A stretch of DNA of 63,681 bases, taken from contig JANOSY010000054.1 in NCBI GenBank assembly GCA_031416075.1, forward strand, positions 1 to 63,681. Reading direction: 5' to 3'. Both the position numbers and the translations under genes were made by a program. The notes below the pieces were generated by a model, which worked only from the letters and a program-made list of their open reading frames with translations, did not search any database and was not told the DNA's origin. Shown here in pieces: positions 17,633-27,788 of this stretch (positions are counted from its first letter, which is position 1; each line of letters begins with the position of its first letter). Source of the stretch: Candidatus Tenderia sp. GTDB taxonomy: Bacteria; Pseudomonadota; Gammaproteobacteria; Tenderiales; Tenderiaceae.

Positions 17633-19673
17633 CCTTGCCCCTCTTGATTCGGCGAGCCTTCATGCGATAACGCTTGGCAGCATTAGCGGCCGTGAATAGG
17701 GCAATGAGTACTCCCTTGTGTAATGGTCTGACGTCCTTGAGGTGCTTGATGCCAGATGTCCATTGGACTCGTCGGACGAACTCAATTACTTCCAGTCTTG
17801 ATCCTCTATGAAAAGGAATTAGAAATATAGTCAATAACGAAGGAACTTGATTCTTTCGGAAAACATCTCCGAAACCAAAAATATCATGTTGTGGAGTCTT
17901 CATGAAATGTTTTGCGATGTCAGGATCTGGAGTGAGGCTAAGTTTTTCCCAAATATGTATTGCGTACTCACGAAGTTCTGCGGACGTCACAACGTAGCGC
18001 TCCAAATAAGGCGCCCATATTTCAGCGGCCATTGCAACGCCATCTTGAAAATGCATGGTGAACTCTTTGTAAGAACATTCTTCATCATCTAAAGAGTTAC
18101 GACAAGGGATCACTGTTCCGTTGACCCTTTCGTACTTTTCAACGCTCCCCTTGCTCGATGAACAGAGCATTTCTAGAACAGCAAAGGCTTCAAATAATCT
18201 CCCAGTATCAACATCCATAGACTCATCCGCTACATAGGCGCATTTCGTGACGTTAGACGGCTGTGGATTTATAAAACTTCTTAGGCCAAGGTACATTCCG
18301 TGAATACTTGTCTCTGGAAGGATGAGTGCCAAGTTGTCCTGAATTGTTCCTCTCCAACCAATATCAATTACACCAATTTTTTCATTTGTACCCAAACCCT
18401 TGTCGATTAAGTATTCATTTAAAAGGTTTCTTTGCTTCTCAATGGACTCCTTTACTGCGTCACAGAATACGGGCGTGCGGAGCAGCCTAGCCAATGCTTC
18501 GTTTGATTCGGGGCGATCTATGACGTCGGTCGGCTGCAATCCGATTTCGTCTAGGAGTTTGATGAAATCAACGCACTGCAGGCCGAGCGTAGCGAAGAGA
18601 CCGTTAATTTTTTGCGAACGGTATAAACGCCATATTCGGTTAAGCTCATCCACTGATATTTCATTCATTGAAGCAGCAAATGTGGACAACCTACTTACCT
18701 CGAGATCGGCATGCTCAGGCAGTCGATGTCCAACGAGTTCATGCTTTGGAAAAATATTTTCGAATATGCGACGGAAAAACTCTCCCTCACGGGTGAGAAA
18801 ATACAACCGATCAAGGCGTTGTGAGATAGCCTGCTCGGCGATGCAGAGACTAAATCCGATAAAAAGAGGGGCCGCCTCAACACCGAGTCTAAATGCCACA
18901 GCTTCCGTTGCCCCCATCGTGTGCGCACGCGCCTCCAGTGCATCGGCACTACGTTTTCGCATACTCTGGAACAGGATTTCACGTGACGCAAATAGACTTT
19001 CCCGTTCCAACCTAGCTGAGTGAGATTGATCTGGGACGTATGAAATCCCTTCCACACCTAGCTGCTTAGGCGATTGCACATCCGACCACACGTTGTCACC
19101 AATATGCACGTGTTCGTGAGGATCAACCCCATATGTCTCATGGACGTATTTAAATAGTGCCCCCGAGCGTTTGTTAACGCCCACATCACATGAACTTACA
19201 CCATCTAGGACAAGGCGATTGAGGCCTTTGTGCTCAAGCAAACACTTAAGCCTGGCGGAGGTCATATAAAAGTCTGATAGAAATATCGTCATTTCGGCAG
19301 GATATTGCTTAAGAAAATCTTCGATATCCGGATCTTTGAAGGATCTGTGTGATTCTACAGTGAGCTCATAATCCGCCAACCGTTCGGGGAGGTGTTCGTC
19401 AAAGCTCTCCGTCAAAATAGCCTCAAGCCAACACCGCATTACGTTAACAATTTCGTATTCATCGTCATGCCCTGCATCGCGAGCGGCCTCCGCAAGACGG
19501 CACTCCACATCAATTCTTACTTGATAAATAGCCCAATGATCTTGATAGGGCTGTCTGAAATTGACGTCTTGCCCAAGAAATACATGCAAAGCGGTTGCTA
19601 GTTTGACGCATTCGGGGTGACAGTCGCGCCTGAGTAAAGTATCCCATACGTCTATCGTTCTAATTTTGTACAT
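17625..19673 (-). CDS. Bifunctional HAD phosphatase + glycan phosphoribosyltransferase (probable ribofuranosyltransferase)
   Basis: HAD motifs DVWDT, SDFY, K-R-S-G, HIGDNVWSD; C-terminal FLTREG, VSR, and PRPP-loop-like VIDIGWRGTIQ...YLG. Confidence 0.72.
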   Translation of the reverse strand: MYKIRTIDVWDTLLRRDCHPECVKLATALHVFLGQDVNFRQPYQDHWAIYQVRIDVECRLAEAARDAGHDDEYEIVNVMRCWLEAILTESFDEHLPERLADYELTVESHRSFKDPDIEDFLKQYPAEMTIFLSDFYMTSARLKCLLEHKGLNRLVLDGVSSCDVGVNKRSGALFKYVHETYGVDPHEHVHIGDNVWSDVQSPKQLGVEGISYVPDQSHSARLERESLFASREILFQSMRKRSADALEARAHTMGATEAVAFRLGVEAAPLFIGFSLCIAEQAISQRLDRLYFLTREGEFFRRIFENIFPKHELVGHRLPEHADLEVSRLSTFAASMNEISVDELNRIWRLYRSQKINGLFATLGLQCVDFIKLLDEIGLQPTDVIDRPESNEALARLLRTPVFCDAVKESIEKQRNLLNEYLIDKGLGTNEKIGVIDIGWRGTIQDNLALILPETSIHGMYLGLRSFINPQPSNVTKCAYVADESMDVDTGRLFEAFAVLEMLCSSSKGSVEKYERVNGTVIPCRNSLDDEECSYKEFTMHFQDGVAMAAEIWAPYLERYVVTSAELREYAIHIWEKLSLTPDPDIAKHFMKTPQHDIFGFGDVFRKNQVPSLLTIFLIPFHRGSRLEVIEFVRRVQWTSGIKHLKDVRPLHKGVLIALFTAANAAKRYRMKARRIKRGKDA

Positions 19674-20896
19674 CAGTGCACCCTTCGACCGCCAAAGATC
19701 ACTTCACTAACAGCCTCCAGCTGTTTGATCCTCTGTAGGCTCGACGCAGAAAGTATCGTGGCGAGCTTGCTGAGCTTATGGCGTCGTACAATCCAAGGAT
19801 TTTCGCTGAGGCGATGTTTTTCATCATTTGAATAATCATTGACAATGACCGCTGTCATTTCCAGAAGGATTGCCCTGTCAATAACAGGTCCCGTCAAACA
19901 CTTTTCTATCCACTCGCTAAAGCGTGCGGAAGACTCCTGCCAAGAAGGCCATTTATCGGCGGTCTGCAGCGCTCCTCGCTGAAGTCGCAAAAGTTCACCA
20001 TGATCACTAATTAACGTTCGAAGGGCCGCCACAACACCATCTACGTCCCCCGCTGGAACGACACAGGCATTCAAACCGTTTACGATGTATTCATCATGAC
20101 CGGTAACATCGAAGACTATGGCGGTTCCGCCGCAGTGGAATATTTCAAGTGGAGGTCCGAACATTCCTTCAACCGTGCTGAGTTTGACCAGAATATCGCA
20201 CGAGCGATATATTTCTGCTGTTTTAACCATAGGTACACGAGAAAATACTCGAGATACGTTGGGTAGCCGACTTACTGGTGAACCTGTCAACACCCAAATA
20301 TCTTTCGCACCAGCTTCTCTGGCCAACCGAATACCTAAGGCAGTGTTTTTGAATGAGACTCCAAAATGTCCTTCGACCAAAACTCTAGGGGACTCACGCT
20401 CAGAACGGACTTGGATAAATTTACCGGATGGGGTGTACACATCCTTTCGAATACCATTCAGGACAAGTGTGGCATCCTGGCCGTAATTCTCTTTCAGATA
20501 TTGTTGGATCCAGGTAGCTTCTGTTACATATTCTATGGGCAGGCGATATGTCGCGTCGACCATTGCACGCAAAGGTCGCTCCGACTCTGGGTAAAAGCGT
20601 GACTCAATCGACTGAACAAAATAGGCATATCGTCTCGCCTCAAAATTGCCTAGTTCTAAAGCTGTTTTCCACCAAGTGGCAACAACCAAGTCAAAAGACT
20701 CGCGTTTTGCATCATCAATAGGCACACAACGCAACTTGGGAGCCTCATCGTGCCAAGCAAGTGTCGTCTCAGAAAAAGGCTCCTGAACCGCAAGCGTTAC
20801 ATCATGCCCCTGGTCACGCAAGTAACTGGCATGTTGCACGATGACATAGGTACCACCGCTGATAGCCATGGATCCAACAAGAAAACATAACCTCAT
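19673..20896 (-). CDS. GT-B (GT4-like) glycosyltransferase, WsaF-like
   Basis: SGG near the N-terminus, ATWWKTA, YFVQSIESRFY, EGMFGPPLE (E-x7-E). Confidence 0.75.
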   Translation of the reverse strand: MRLCFLVGSMAISGGTYVIVQHASYLRDQGHDVTLAVQEPFSETTLAWHDEAPKLRCVPIDDAKRESFDLVVATWWKTALELGNFEARRYAYFVQSIESRFYPESERPLRAMVDATYRLPIEYVTEATWIQQYLKENYGQDATLVLNGIRKDVYTPSGKFIQVRSERESPRVLVEGHFGVSFKNTALGIRLAREAGAKDIWVLTGSPVSRLPNVSRVFSRVPMVKTAEIYRSCDILVKLSTVEGMFGPPLEIFHCGGTAIVFDVTGHDEYIVNGLNACVVPAGDVDGVVAALRTLISDHGELLRLQRGALQTADKWPSWQESSARFSEWIEKCLTGPVIDRAILLEMTAVIVNDYSNDEKHRLSENPWIVRRHKLSKLATILSASSLQRIKQLEAVSEVIFGGRRVH

Positions 20897-20942
20897 CTTG
20901 TCTCTCTTTGTTATTTAAATAATCTGCCGCATTGCAATCTAA

Positions 20943-23354
20943 TTACACCCGGCTTTGCCATAAGCGAAATAATCTGTAAATGACGTTTACACCGCCGATG
21001 GCATGTTCCCTGATTGACAGCCATGGCCAAAAACCCAATTCGGATAGTCGGCGGCGATGAAACAAATGCCATGTGAATCGGATACGTTTTAGAAAAGATG
21101 ACTGTTTTGAAGAGTTACCAAATCGGGATTCCTCGAAAACGCCAAAGTTCTCAACATGAGATACAGAAAGTATCCAATCAACTTCTTTCTTCGATGGATT
21201 AAATACCATGCGAGCATGCCGCTTAAGGGTTAGCTTCAACAGTTCGCCATCAGTTACAGGCGTATTCGCCATAACGGCTAAGATTTCACCGAAGGAATCC
21301 ATTATTTGTGCGGCAACTGGCGCGACTTTTTCTTCAATCATGTACTTTTCTTGAAATGGATCCTGAATGACCTTTGCGTTTCCATCTGCGTCAAATATAT
21401 AGCGTTGTGCTGAACCATGGTCGGCGTGCAAAATGACCTCAAATAACGAGCGGGTTTCGTTAAACACATGAAAACCGAGGGAGATTTTTCCTACATTTGA
21501 AAAAAGAAGACCATTCTTAGTATTGCGCTCACTCATGCCGCCAGTTGCGACAAGACCGAGGTAATAACCTTCAATTCGCGCAGCTTCTCCACGAACGCGG
21601 TTGAGCCAGTTGAAAAGATTGTCTTGAATTGAACCCTTCCAACCTACATCAACAACATGCAGCACATTAGGAATGAGACCACCCACAAGATTGCTAAGGT
21701 AGCGTTCGAAAGCGGTGCTTCTGGTAGTTCGCTCTTCTTCATAGAGCCGCCGGAAAGCATCTAATTTTAGGAGACGATTAAAAAGCAAGTCGGCAGGTAA
21801 ATCATCGCTCGTTATCATAAGGTCATCAAGTGTCACACCGAGTGCATTGGCCAAGGACAACATATGCTCATCAAGAGCGAGGCTTTTGAGAAAGTCAGCA
21901 ATAGAAATACGTCGATATTGCCTGAAAAGAATCTCAAATCTTTCTTGATCGAGTGGGCCGAGCGACAGCAGGAATGTCGAACGTCTTGAGACTTGCAGAT
22001 AGTGAGTCCGAATCGCAATTGTACTATTCTTACGCGATTGGTAGAGATCAAACATTTCTTTAAGAAGTTTCCCTTCACGAGCGAAGAAAAACAAATCCTG
22101 TGTACCTGCCTGGAGCGCGTTCTCATACAGTCGTGCTGTAAAGAGATAGAGGCTAAAAGCCATATCGCGGAATGGCGTGGGGTTACCCTCTGTACTCAGT
22201 ATGGAACTGAGAATGTATTCATGGCCTAATCTTTCAGAAGCGGTCTCGACGACGACATTAAGGGTCGTATTTAATCGTGCCTTTACAGCAATCGTTGCGT
22301 CACGCTGACTAATCATTTTTTCCATCGACTGCAGCGCTTCGTCACGCTGAGTAATCATTTCTTCCATCGACCGCATTGCTTCCCAACGCTCTTTAAGCAT
22401 ATGGGCTTGAGCAACAATCGCTTCGTCACGCTGAGTAATCATTTCTTCCATCGACCGCATTGCAGCCCAACGCTCTTCAAGCATCTGGGTCTGAGCAGAA
22501 ATAGCTTCGTCACGCTGACGAATCATTTCTTCCGAACGCTCAAAAGCGATGCGTAAAGGTCTGACTTCTTCCTGATCGAGTCTTGCCTTGGATATGCTCT
22601 GAAAGAATTTTCTCGAACTTCCCAAAAGCTTGAATGAAGCATCTACAACAGCCCGTTCACCCGCAATAAAAAAAAGTGACCCGTTAACAGCAGACAACTG
22701 CTCACTATCCAAAAATATTTCACCAGCACATGGATCCTTCACATTACCACCGACATCCACAGAACCAACGCTTCTGAAGAGCGTACCAAGTGTGAACTCT
22801 GCAGCAAAGACTTTAAATGTATCAAAATGACACTGAAGCAAGTTAACAATATCGGCGAAGCTAAACTTGTGAAGATGGTACGGATTTGGACCATAGACCT
22901 TTTCGCAAAGATCTTCATAATCTTTACTTGGCACACTTCCAATAAGCAAACCTCCGGTAGATAATTTACTCCGCACTTGTGATAGTGCCAATTGCGGATC
23001 GGTCGTGTGTTCCAAGGTTTCAAACATTACAAAGGTATCAACACTACCTGTTTGACAGGCATTATTTTCAAGCGTACCTACCAAATAACTTATTTTCGCA
23101 GTAGAAAATTTTTTCCAAGCATATTCGATTGCATCGGCTGAAGGATCAATTCCAAGATAAGAACACACATTTTTATTACCCGCCAAAATTGGCCCGCCAT
23201 ATCCAATCCCTGAAGCACAATCAACTACGCGCCCCCTGGAAATAAGTGCCGCCAACTGATACCGGTGCATATGTTCATCACTCAAAGATACCTTATGAAA
23301 ATCGTGGTCTGAACAACGTTCCATATCTATATGCCCAAAACTTCTCTTGACCAA
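20943..23354 (-). CDS. SAM methyltransferase - coiled coil - glycan phosphoribosyltransferase-like fusion (true start may be ATG at 23324)
   Basis: H-x-x-RY, VDCASGIGYG, FETLEH, NPYH; central repeated EEMITQRDEA coil; C-terminal FFAREG, VSRRS, VVDVGWKGSIQ, GYYLG. Confidence 0.75.
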   Translation of the reverse strand: MVKRSFGHIDMERCSDHDFHKVSLSDEHMHRYQLAALISRGRVVDCASGIGYGGPILAGNKNVCSYLGIDPSADAIEYAWKKFSTAKISYLVGTLENNACQTGSVDTFVMFETLEHTTDPQLALSQVRSKLSTGGLLIGSVPSKDYEDLCEKVYGPNPYHLHKFSFADIVNLLQCHFDTFKVFAAEFTLGTLFRSVGSVDVGGNVKDPCAGEIFLDSEQLSAVNGSLFFIAGERAVVDASFKLLGSSRKFFQSISKARLDQEEVRPLRIAFERSEEMIRQRDEAISAQTQMLEERWAAMRSMEEMITQRDEAIVAQAHMLKERWEAMRSMEEMITQRDEALQSMEKMISQRDATIAVKARLNTTLNVVVETASERLGHEYILSSILSTEGNPTPFRDMAFSLYLFTARLYENALQAGTQDLFFFAREGKLLKEMFDLYQSRKNSTIAIRTHYLQVSRRSTFLLSLGPLDQERFEILFRQYRRISIADFLKSLALDEHMLSLANALGVTLDDLMITSDDLPADLLFNRLLKLDAFRRLYEEERTTRSTAFERYLSNLVGGLIPNVLHVVDVGWKGSIQDNLFNWLNRVRGEAARIEGYYLGLVATGGMSERNTKNGLLFSNVGKISLGFHVFNETRSLFEVILHADHGSAQRYIFDADGNAKVIQDPFQEKYMIEEKVAPVAAQIMDSFGEILAVMANTPVTDGELLKLTLKRHARMVFNPSKKEVDWILSVSHVENFGVFEESRFGNSSKQSSFLKRIRFTWHLFHRRRLSELGFWPWLSIREHAIGGVNVIYRLFRLWQSRV
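22290..22535. repeat. In-frame tandem repeats (84, 84 and 42 bp periods) encoding a coiled coil
   Basis: GCTTCGTCACGCTGA at 22336, 22420 and 22504, with a variant at 22294. Confidence 0.9.
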
Positions 23355-24607
23355 ACGTGCTGAATATCAACAATTCCTACAGCCCTAAATTGGTCGCTAA
23401 CGATGAAAGGACATACTGGGATTGCCTCAGTAATGATGCTCATCCCACGCTCATCATTTACGGCCACCCTCCATTTATATTTTCCGGAAACTAGGGGTAG
23501 AGAGGGAATGTGAACTCGAACGCGCCCCCTTTTTTCAGGTGAAAAAGCTTCCACACCCTGCATTTTCGTGGTGGTTCCGAATATATATATACCATCCTCT
23601 CTGTATAAATTAATCACAAAGGACAGTCCCTCTGAATAATCACCGTAAATTTCATAATCAAATTCAATATCAACAGGAGCTCCACTGTTTACTTCTGTTG
23701 TATGAGGCGTCCCGCCACTAGAAAGAGATGGATTCACAATAACTATCGAAAAACCTGTGGAATCAGATTCCTCTCGTGCATATTCTGGCGCCGGCTCTGG
23801 TATTGGGGTTTTAGGTACTGCGTGCGTAGATTGGATGTCTGGCACGATGCTACCAAGGGATGCCACATACTCATCCAGCACCGTCTTGGAGGAATCAAAC
23901 ATCAACTGTTTACCATTCTTTAATAGCAGAGCCTTGTTACAAATCGACCTCACCTGATAGGCATCGTGTGAAACGAGCAATACAGAAACCCCGGCATCCA
24001 ACATCTTATATAGTTTTTTTATGCATTTTTGCTGAAATGGTGCATCTCCAACAGCCAGTATTTCATCAACTATCAGAATTTCAGGTTCATTATGGATTGC
24101 TGCAGAAAATGCAAGCCTTGCATACATTCCGCTCGAGTAAGTCTTGACAGGAAGTTGAATAAAAGCCCCAATATCTGCAAACGACGCAATCTGCTCGAAC
24201 TTCTCGTCAATTTCTTCAGTTTCAAAACCCTGAAGTGCAGCATTTAGATACACATTTTCTCGCCCCGTAAAATCAGGATTAAAACCTGAACCAAGTTCGA
24301 GTAACGCGGAAATTCGCCCGTGAGTTTCAACACTGCCGGACGTGGGATTCACGGTGCCAGTAATCATCTGCAACAACGTGGACTTTCCAGAACCATTCCG
24401 CCCAAGAATACCAACACTTTCGCCTTTCTTGAGTTCGAAAGACACATCTCTGAGAGCCCAGAATTCATTGAAGTAGTTCCGCTCAGCTCCCCCTATAAGA
24501 CGACGAAATCCTGGGAGCAGAAACTGCTTCAATCGATCACGAGGATTTTCGTAGATATGGTAGCACTTGCTAAGGTTATCAACCTTGATCGCGATCTCAG
24601 ATGACAT
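23327..24607 (-). CDS. wzt: Polysaccharide ABC transporter ATPase with C-terminal carbohydrate-binding module
   Basis: GRNGSGKST, LELGSGF, YSSGM, VDEILAVGD, VSHD; Pro-rich linker then a beta-rich C-terminal domain. Confidence 0.93.
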   Translation of the reverse strand: MSSEIAIKVDNLSKCYHIYENPRDRLKQFLLPGFRRLIGGAERNYFNEFWALRDVSFELKKGESVGILGRNGSGKSTLLQMITGTVNPTSGSVETHGRISALLELGSGFNPDFTGRENVYLNAALQGFETEEIDEKFEQIASFADIGAFIQLPVKTYSSGMYARLAFSAAIHNEPEILIVDEILAVGDAPFQQKCIKKLYKMLDAGVSVLLVSHDAYQVRSICNKALLLKNGKQLMFDSSKTVLDEYVASLGSIVPDIQSTHAVPKTPIPEPAPEYAREESDSTGFSIVIVNPSLSSGGTPHTTEVNSGAPVDIEFDYEIYGDYSEGLSFVINLYREDGIYIFGTTTKMQGVEAFSPEKRGRVRVHIPSLPLVSGKYKWRVAVNDERGMSIITEAIPVCPFIVSDQFRAVGIVDIQHVWSREVLGI

Positions 24608-25463
24608 CCGCAAACCCCTTCCTTGTTTTTTGGAACCAAACGTAGCCCAACCATGCTACGACAGTGGCCACCAGTGTATAGATTCCTAATCCGATCCAGT
24701 TTGGCAGATGGCCCCAGATGAGCACTTCTCTCGCCTGCTCGATGATGAAGGTGAGCGGGTTGGCCATGAGCCAGGGGCGGAACTCTTCTGGTAGCGCCGT
24801 TACTGGGTAAAAGACGGGGGCTAGAAACATCATCACAGTAGTGACGATGCCTATGGTTTGTCCTACATCACGCAGGAATACGCCCAGGGAGGCTAGCATC
24901 CAGGAGAGACCAAGGGTGAGGATGACCAAGGGCAGCAGTACCAGCGGGGTCAAAACCGCTGTCCAGTGCAGGTAGCCGTTGAATATGACAAAGGCAATCA
25001 GCAGCACGCCTAGGCTTATGACGCTGTGGAACAGGGCTGCCCCCATGCTGATGACAGGCAGTATTTCCAGGGGAAAGACAACCTTTTTGACGTAGTTGAC
25101 GTTGGAAAGGATCAGGCCGGGCGCGCGGTTCAGTACCTCTGCAAACAGGCCATGAACAATCATGCCGACAAAGAGCACCACGGCGAATTGGGTTTTGCTC
25201 TCATCGCCGCCCACGCCCCAGCGAGCCTTGAAGACCACGGAGAAAACAAAGGTATAGACGGCCAGCATGAATACGGGATTGAAGAATGACCAAGCTAACC
25301 CCAGGGCGGAACCTTTATAACGACCGGCGACTTCGCGCCGCGACATCTGCACGATGAGCTGGCGGTTGCGCCATAGGCTGCGTGCCAGCGCCACTAGCGA
25401 AGTTAGCTGGCGGGCGTGGGGGTTGGTTCCTTGGGTGGAGGCTAGTGATGAGGGTGATGTCAT
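24597..25463 (-). CDS. wzm: Polysaccharide ABC transporter permease
   Basis: RYKGSALGLAW, PVFYP, NPL, RKGFADVI; ATGA overlap with rmlC. Confidence 0.93.
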   Translation of the reverse strand: MTSPSSLASTQGTNPHARQLTSLVALARSLWRNRQLIVQMSRREVAGRYKGSALGLAWSFFNPVFMLAVYTFVFSVVFKARWGVGGDESKTQFAVVLFVGMIVHGLFAEVLNRAPGLILSNVNYVKKVVFPLEILPVISMGAALFHSVISLGVLLIAFVIFNGYLHWTAVLTPLVLLPLVILTLGLSWMLASLGVFLRDVGQTIGIVTTVMMFLAPVFYPVTALPEEFRPWLMANPLTFIIEQAREVLIWGHLPNWIGLGIYTLVATVVAWLGYVWFQKTRKGFADVI

Positions 25464-26005
25464 GCAAAGCACTCTGCTTCGGCCAGTGATTTTCCCTGCT
25501 GATCTTTGGCGGATAGTACTGGTTCGCCGTCGGCGGGCCAGTGGATGGCGATGGCTGGATCATCCCATGCGAGGCAGCGCTCGTGTTCAGGGGCATAGTA
25601 GTCGGTGGTCTTGTAGAGAAAGTCTGCAGTTTCACTTAACACCAAAAATCCGTGAGCAAATCCTTCAGGTATCCAAAGCTGTTTTTTGTTTTCTGCCGAG
25701 AGAATTTCGCCGATCCAGTGGCCAAAGGTGGGGGAGCTTTTACGCAGATCCACCGCCACATCAAACACTTCGCCTTCCACGACACGTACCAATTTGCCTT
25801 GTGGTTGCTGGATTTGATAATGCAGGCCGCGTAGTACTCCTTTTGCCGAGCGTGAGTGATTGTCTTGAACAAAGGTGACTTTTCTACCAACAGCCTCTTC
25901 GAACTGGTATTGGTTGTAACTTTCATAAAAAAACCCACGATCATCACCAAACACTTTTGGTTCAATAAGTAGAGCATCTGGTATGGCAAGTGACATTGCT
26001 TTCAT
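25460..26005 (-). CDS. rmlC: dTDP-4-dehydrorhamnose 3,5-epimerase
   Basis: FGDDRGFF, QDNHS, LRGLHYQ, GFAHGF. Confidence 0.96.
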   Translation of the reverse strand: MKAMSLAIPDALLIEPKVFGDDRGFFYESYNQYQFEEAVGRKVTFVQDNHSRSAKGVLRGLHYQIQQPQGKLVRVVEGEVFDVAVDLRKSSPTFGHWIGEILSAENKKQLWIPEGFAHGFLVLSETADFLYKTTDYYAPEHERCLAWDDPAIAIHWPADGEPVLSAKDQQGKSLAEAECFA

Positions 26006-26886
26006 TAAAACACTCTTTCTTTCAATAGACGTTGCAAGTATTGCCCGTAACCATTTTTGGCGAGTGGCTGCGCTAGTTTTTCCAGCTGATTTGCATCAAT
26101 CCATTGCTGCCGATAAGCGATCTCTTCAGGGCAAGCGATTTTAAGGCCTTGCCGCCGTTCGATAGTGGCAATGAACTGGCCGGCATCGAGCAGTGATTCA
26201 TGGGTGCCGGTGTCGAGCCAGGCGTAGCCACGCCCCATTATTTCGACATCGAGCTGCCCTTGCTCCAGATAGAGCCGATTGATGTCGGTGATCTCCAGTT
26301 CGCCACGGGGTGAGGGCTTGAGGCTTTTTGCCAGCTCCACAACCTGCTGGTCGTAAAAGTAGAGTCCGGTGACTGCATAGCTGGATTTTGGTGATGTGGG
26401 TTTCTCTTCCAGACTGACCGCTTTACCTTGGGCATCAAATTCGACCACGCCATAACGCTCTGGGTCGTGTACGTGGTAGGCAAAAACACTCGCGCCGTTA
26501 GTACGTTGCATGGCACTGCCGAGCAGCGTGTGAAAATCGTGACCGTAGAAAATATTGTCTCCCAGGACTAAGGCTACAGGATCATTGTCGATAAACTCTT
26601 CGCCAATAATGAAGGCTTGCGCCAATCCATCTGGGTTCGGCTGCACTGCATATTGCAGGTTGAGCCCCCACTGATTGCCATCGCCCAAGAGCTGCGCGAA
26701 GCGCGGTGTGTCTTGGGGAGTGGAGATGATCAGGATGTCACGGATACCTCCCAGCATCAGGGTGCTGAGTGGGTAGTAGATCATCGGTTTATCAAATACT
26801 GGCAACAGCTGTTTTGAAACTGACAGAGTAGCGGGATGTAAGCGTGTGCCGGCACCACCAGCGAGAATAATACCTTTGCGTTTCAT
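26005..26886 (-). CDS. rmlA: Glucose-1-phosphate thymidylyltransferase
   Basis: [32 protein letters not shown]. Confidence 0.97.
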   Translation of the reverse strand: MKRKGIILAGGAGTRLHPATLSVSKQLLPVFDKPMIYYPLSTLMLGGIRDILIISTPQDTPRFAQLLGDGNQWGLNLQYAVQPNPDGLAQAFIIGEEFIDNDPVALVLGDNIFYGHDFHTLLGSAMQRTNGASVFAYHVHDPERYGVVEFDAQGKAVSLEEKPTSPKSSYAVTGLYFYDQQVVELAKSLKPSPRGELEITDINRLYLEQGQLDVEIMGRGYAWLDTGTHESLLDAGQFIATIERRQGLKIACPEEIAYRQQWIDANQLEKLAQPLAKNGYGQYLQRLLKERVF

Positions 26887-27788
26887 AAAATCCCCGGTTG
26901 AATAATTTCAGCGACCATTCTTTGCACATGCATCTGCCATGAAGGTAGTGTTATGCCAAAGGTATCGCGTAGTTTTTGGGTGTTGAGTCTGGAGTTGGTC
27001 GGGCGGTGTGCTGGCAGCGGATATTCGGCTGTTGTGATTGGGAGTATTCGCTCAGGCACACTCTTTAGGTTTGCGCCGTGACGCAACGCCTCTGCGATGA
27101 CAAATTGGGCATAACCATGCCAGCTGGTTTCACCGTCTGCAACCAAGTGGTAGGTACCGCTGGCGCGCTCAGCTAGCGGTTGATCATAGGCCAGACGATA
27201 CAGCGCCAGGGCAGTGACATCAGCGATCAGTTCAGCACTGGTAGGGGCGCCGATCTGATCACCTACCACCTTGAGCTCTTCACGATCTTTGGCTAGCCGT
27301 AACATGGTTTTGGCAAAATTATTGCCGCGTGTGGCAAAGACCCAGCTGGTGCGCAGGATCAGATGTTTGCAACCGACTTTTTCAATCGCCAGCTCCCCGG
27401 CCCGCTTGCTTGCACCGTAAACACTTTGCGGTGCAGTGGTATCGGTTTCCAGATAGGCGCTATGTTTGTTGCCATCAAAGACATAATCTGTTGAGTAATG
27501 GACCAACCAGCCACCTAATTTTTTTACCTCTTCTGCCAACACACCCACTGACTCCGCATTTATACGAGTGGCACGCTCGGGTTCCGATTCGGCACGATCG
27601 ACGGCTGTATAGGCCGCTGCATTAACAACAATGTTGGGCGCTATACTGCGGACGAGTTGGCGCAAAGTTTCTGGTTGTTCTAGATCGGCCTCATGGCGAT
27701 TGCAGGCGATCACATTGCCCAGCGGCGCTAGCGCCCTCTGCAACTCCCAACCGACTTGGCCATCCTTGCCCAGCAACAGTATTTTCAT
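26883..27788 (-). CDS. rmlD: dTDP-4-dehydrorhamnose reductase
   Basis: [29 protein letters not shown]. Confidence 0.96.
   Translation of the reverse strand: MKILLLGKDGQVGWELQRALAPLGNVIACNRHEADLEQPETLRQLVRSIAPNIVVNAAAYTAVDRAESEPERATRINAESVGVLAEEVKKLGGWLVHYSTDYVFDGNKHSAYLETDTTAPQSVYGASKRAGELAIEKVGCKHLILRTSWVFATRGNNFAKTMLRLAKDREELKVVGDQIGAPTSAELIADVTALALYRLAYDQPLAERASGTYHLVADGETSWHGYAQFVIAEALRHGANLKSVPERILPITTAEYPLPAHRPTNSRLNTQKLRDTFGITLPSWQMHVQRMVAEIIQPGIL

Noticed and set aside
24766-24780. JUMPstart-like ATGAGCCAGGGGCGG
   Set aside because: Wrong strand, inside wzm, and lacks the TAG continuation.
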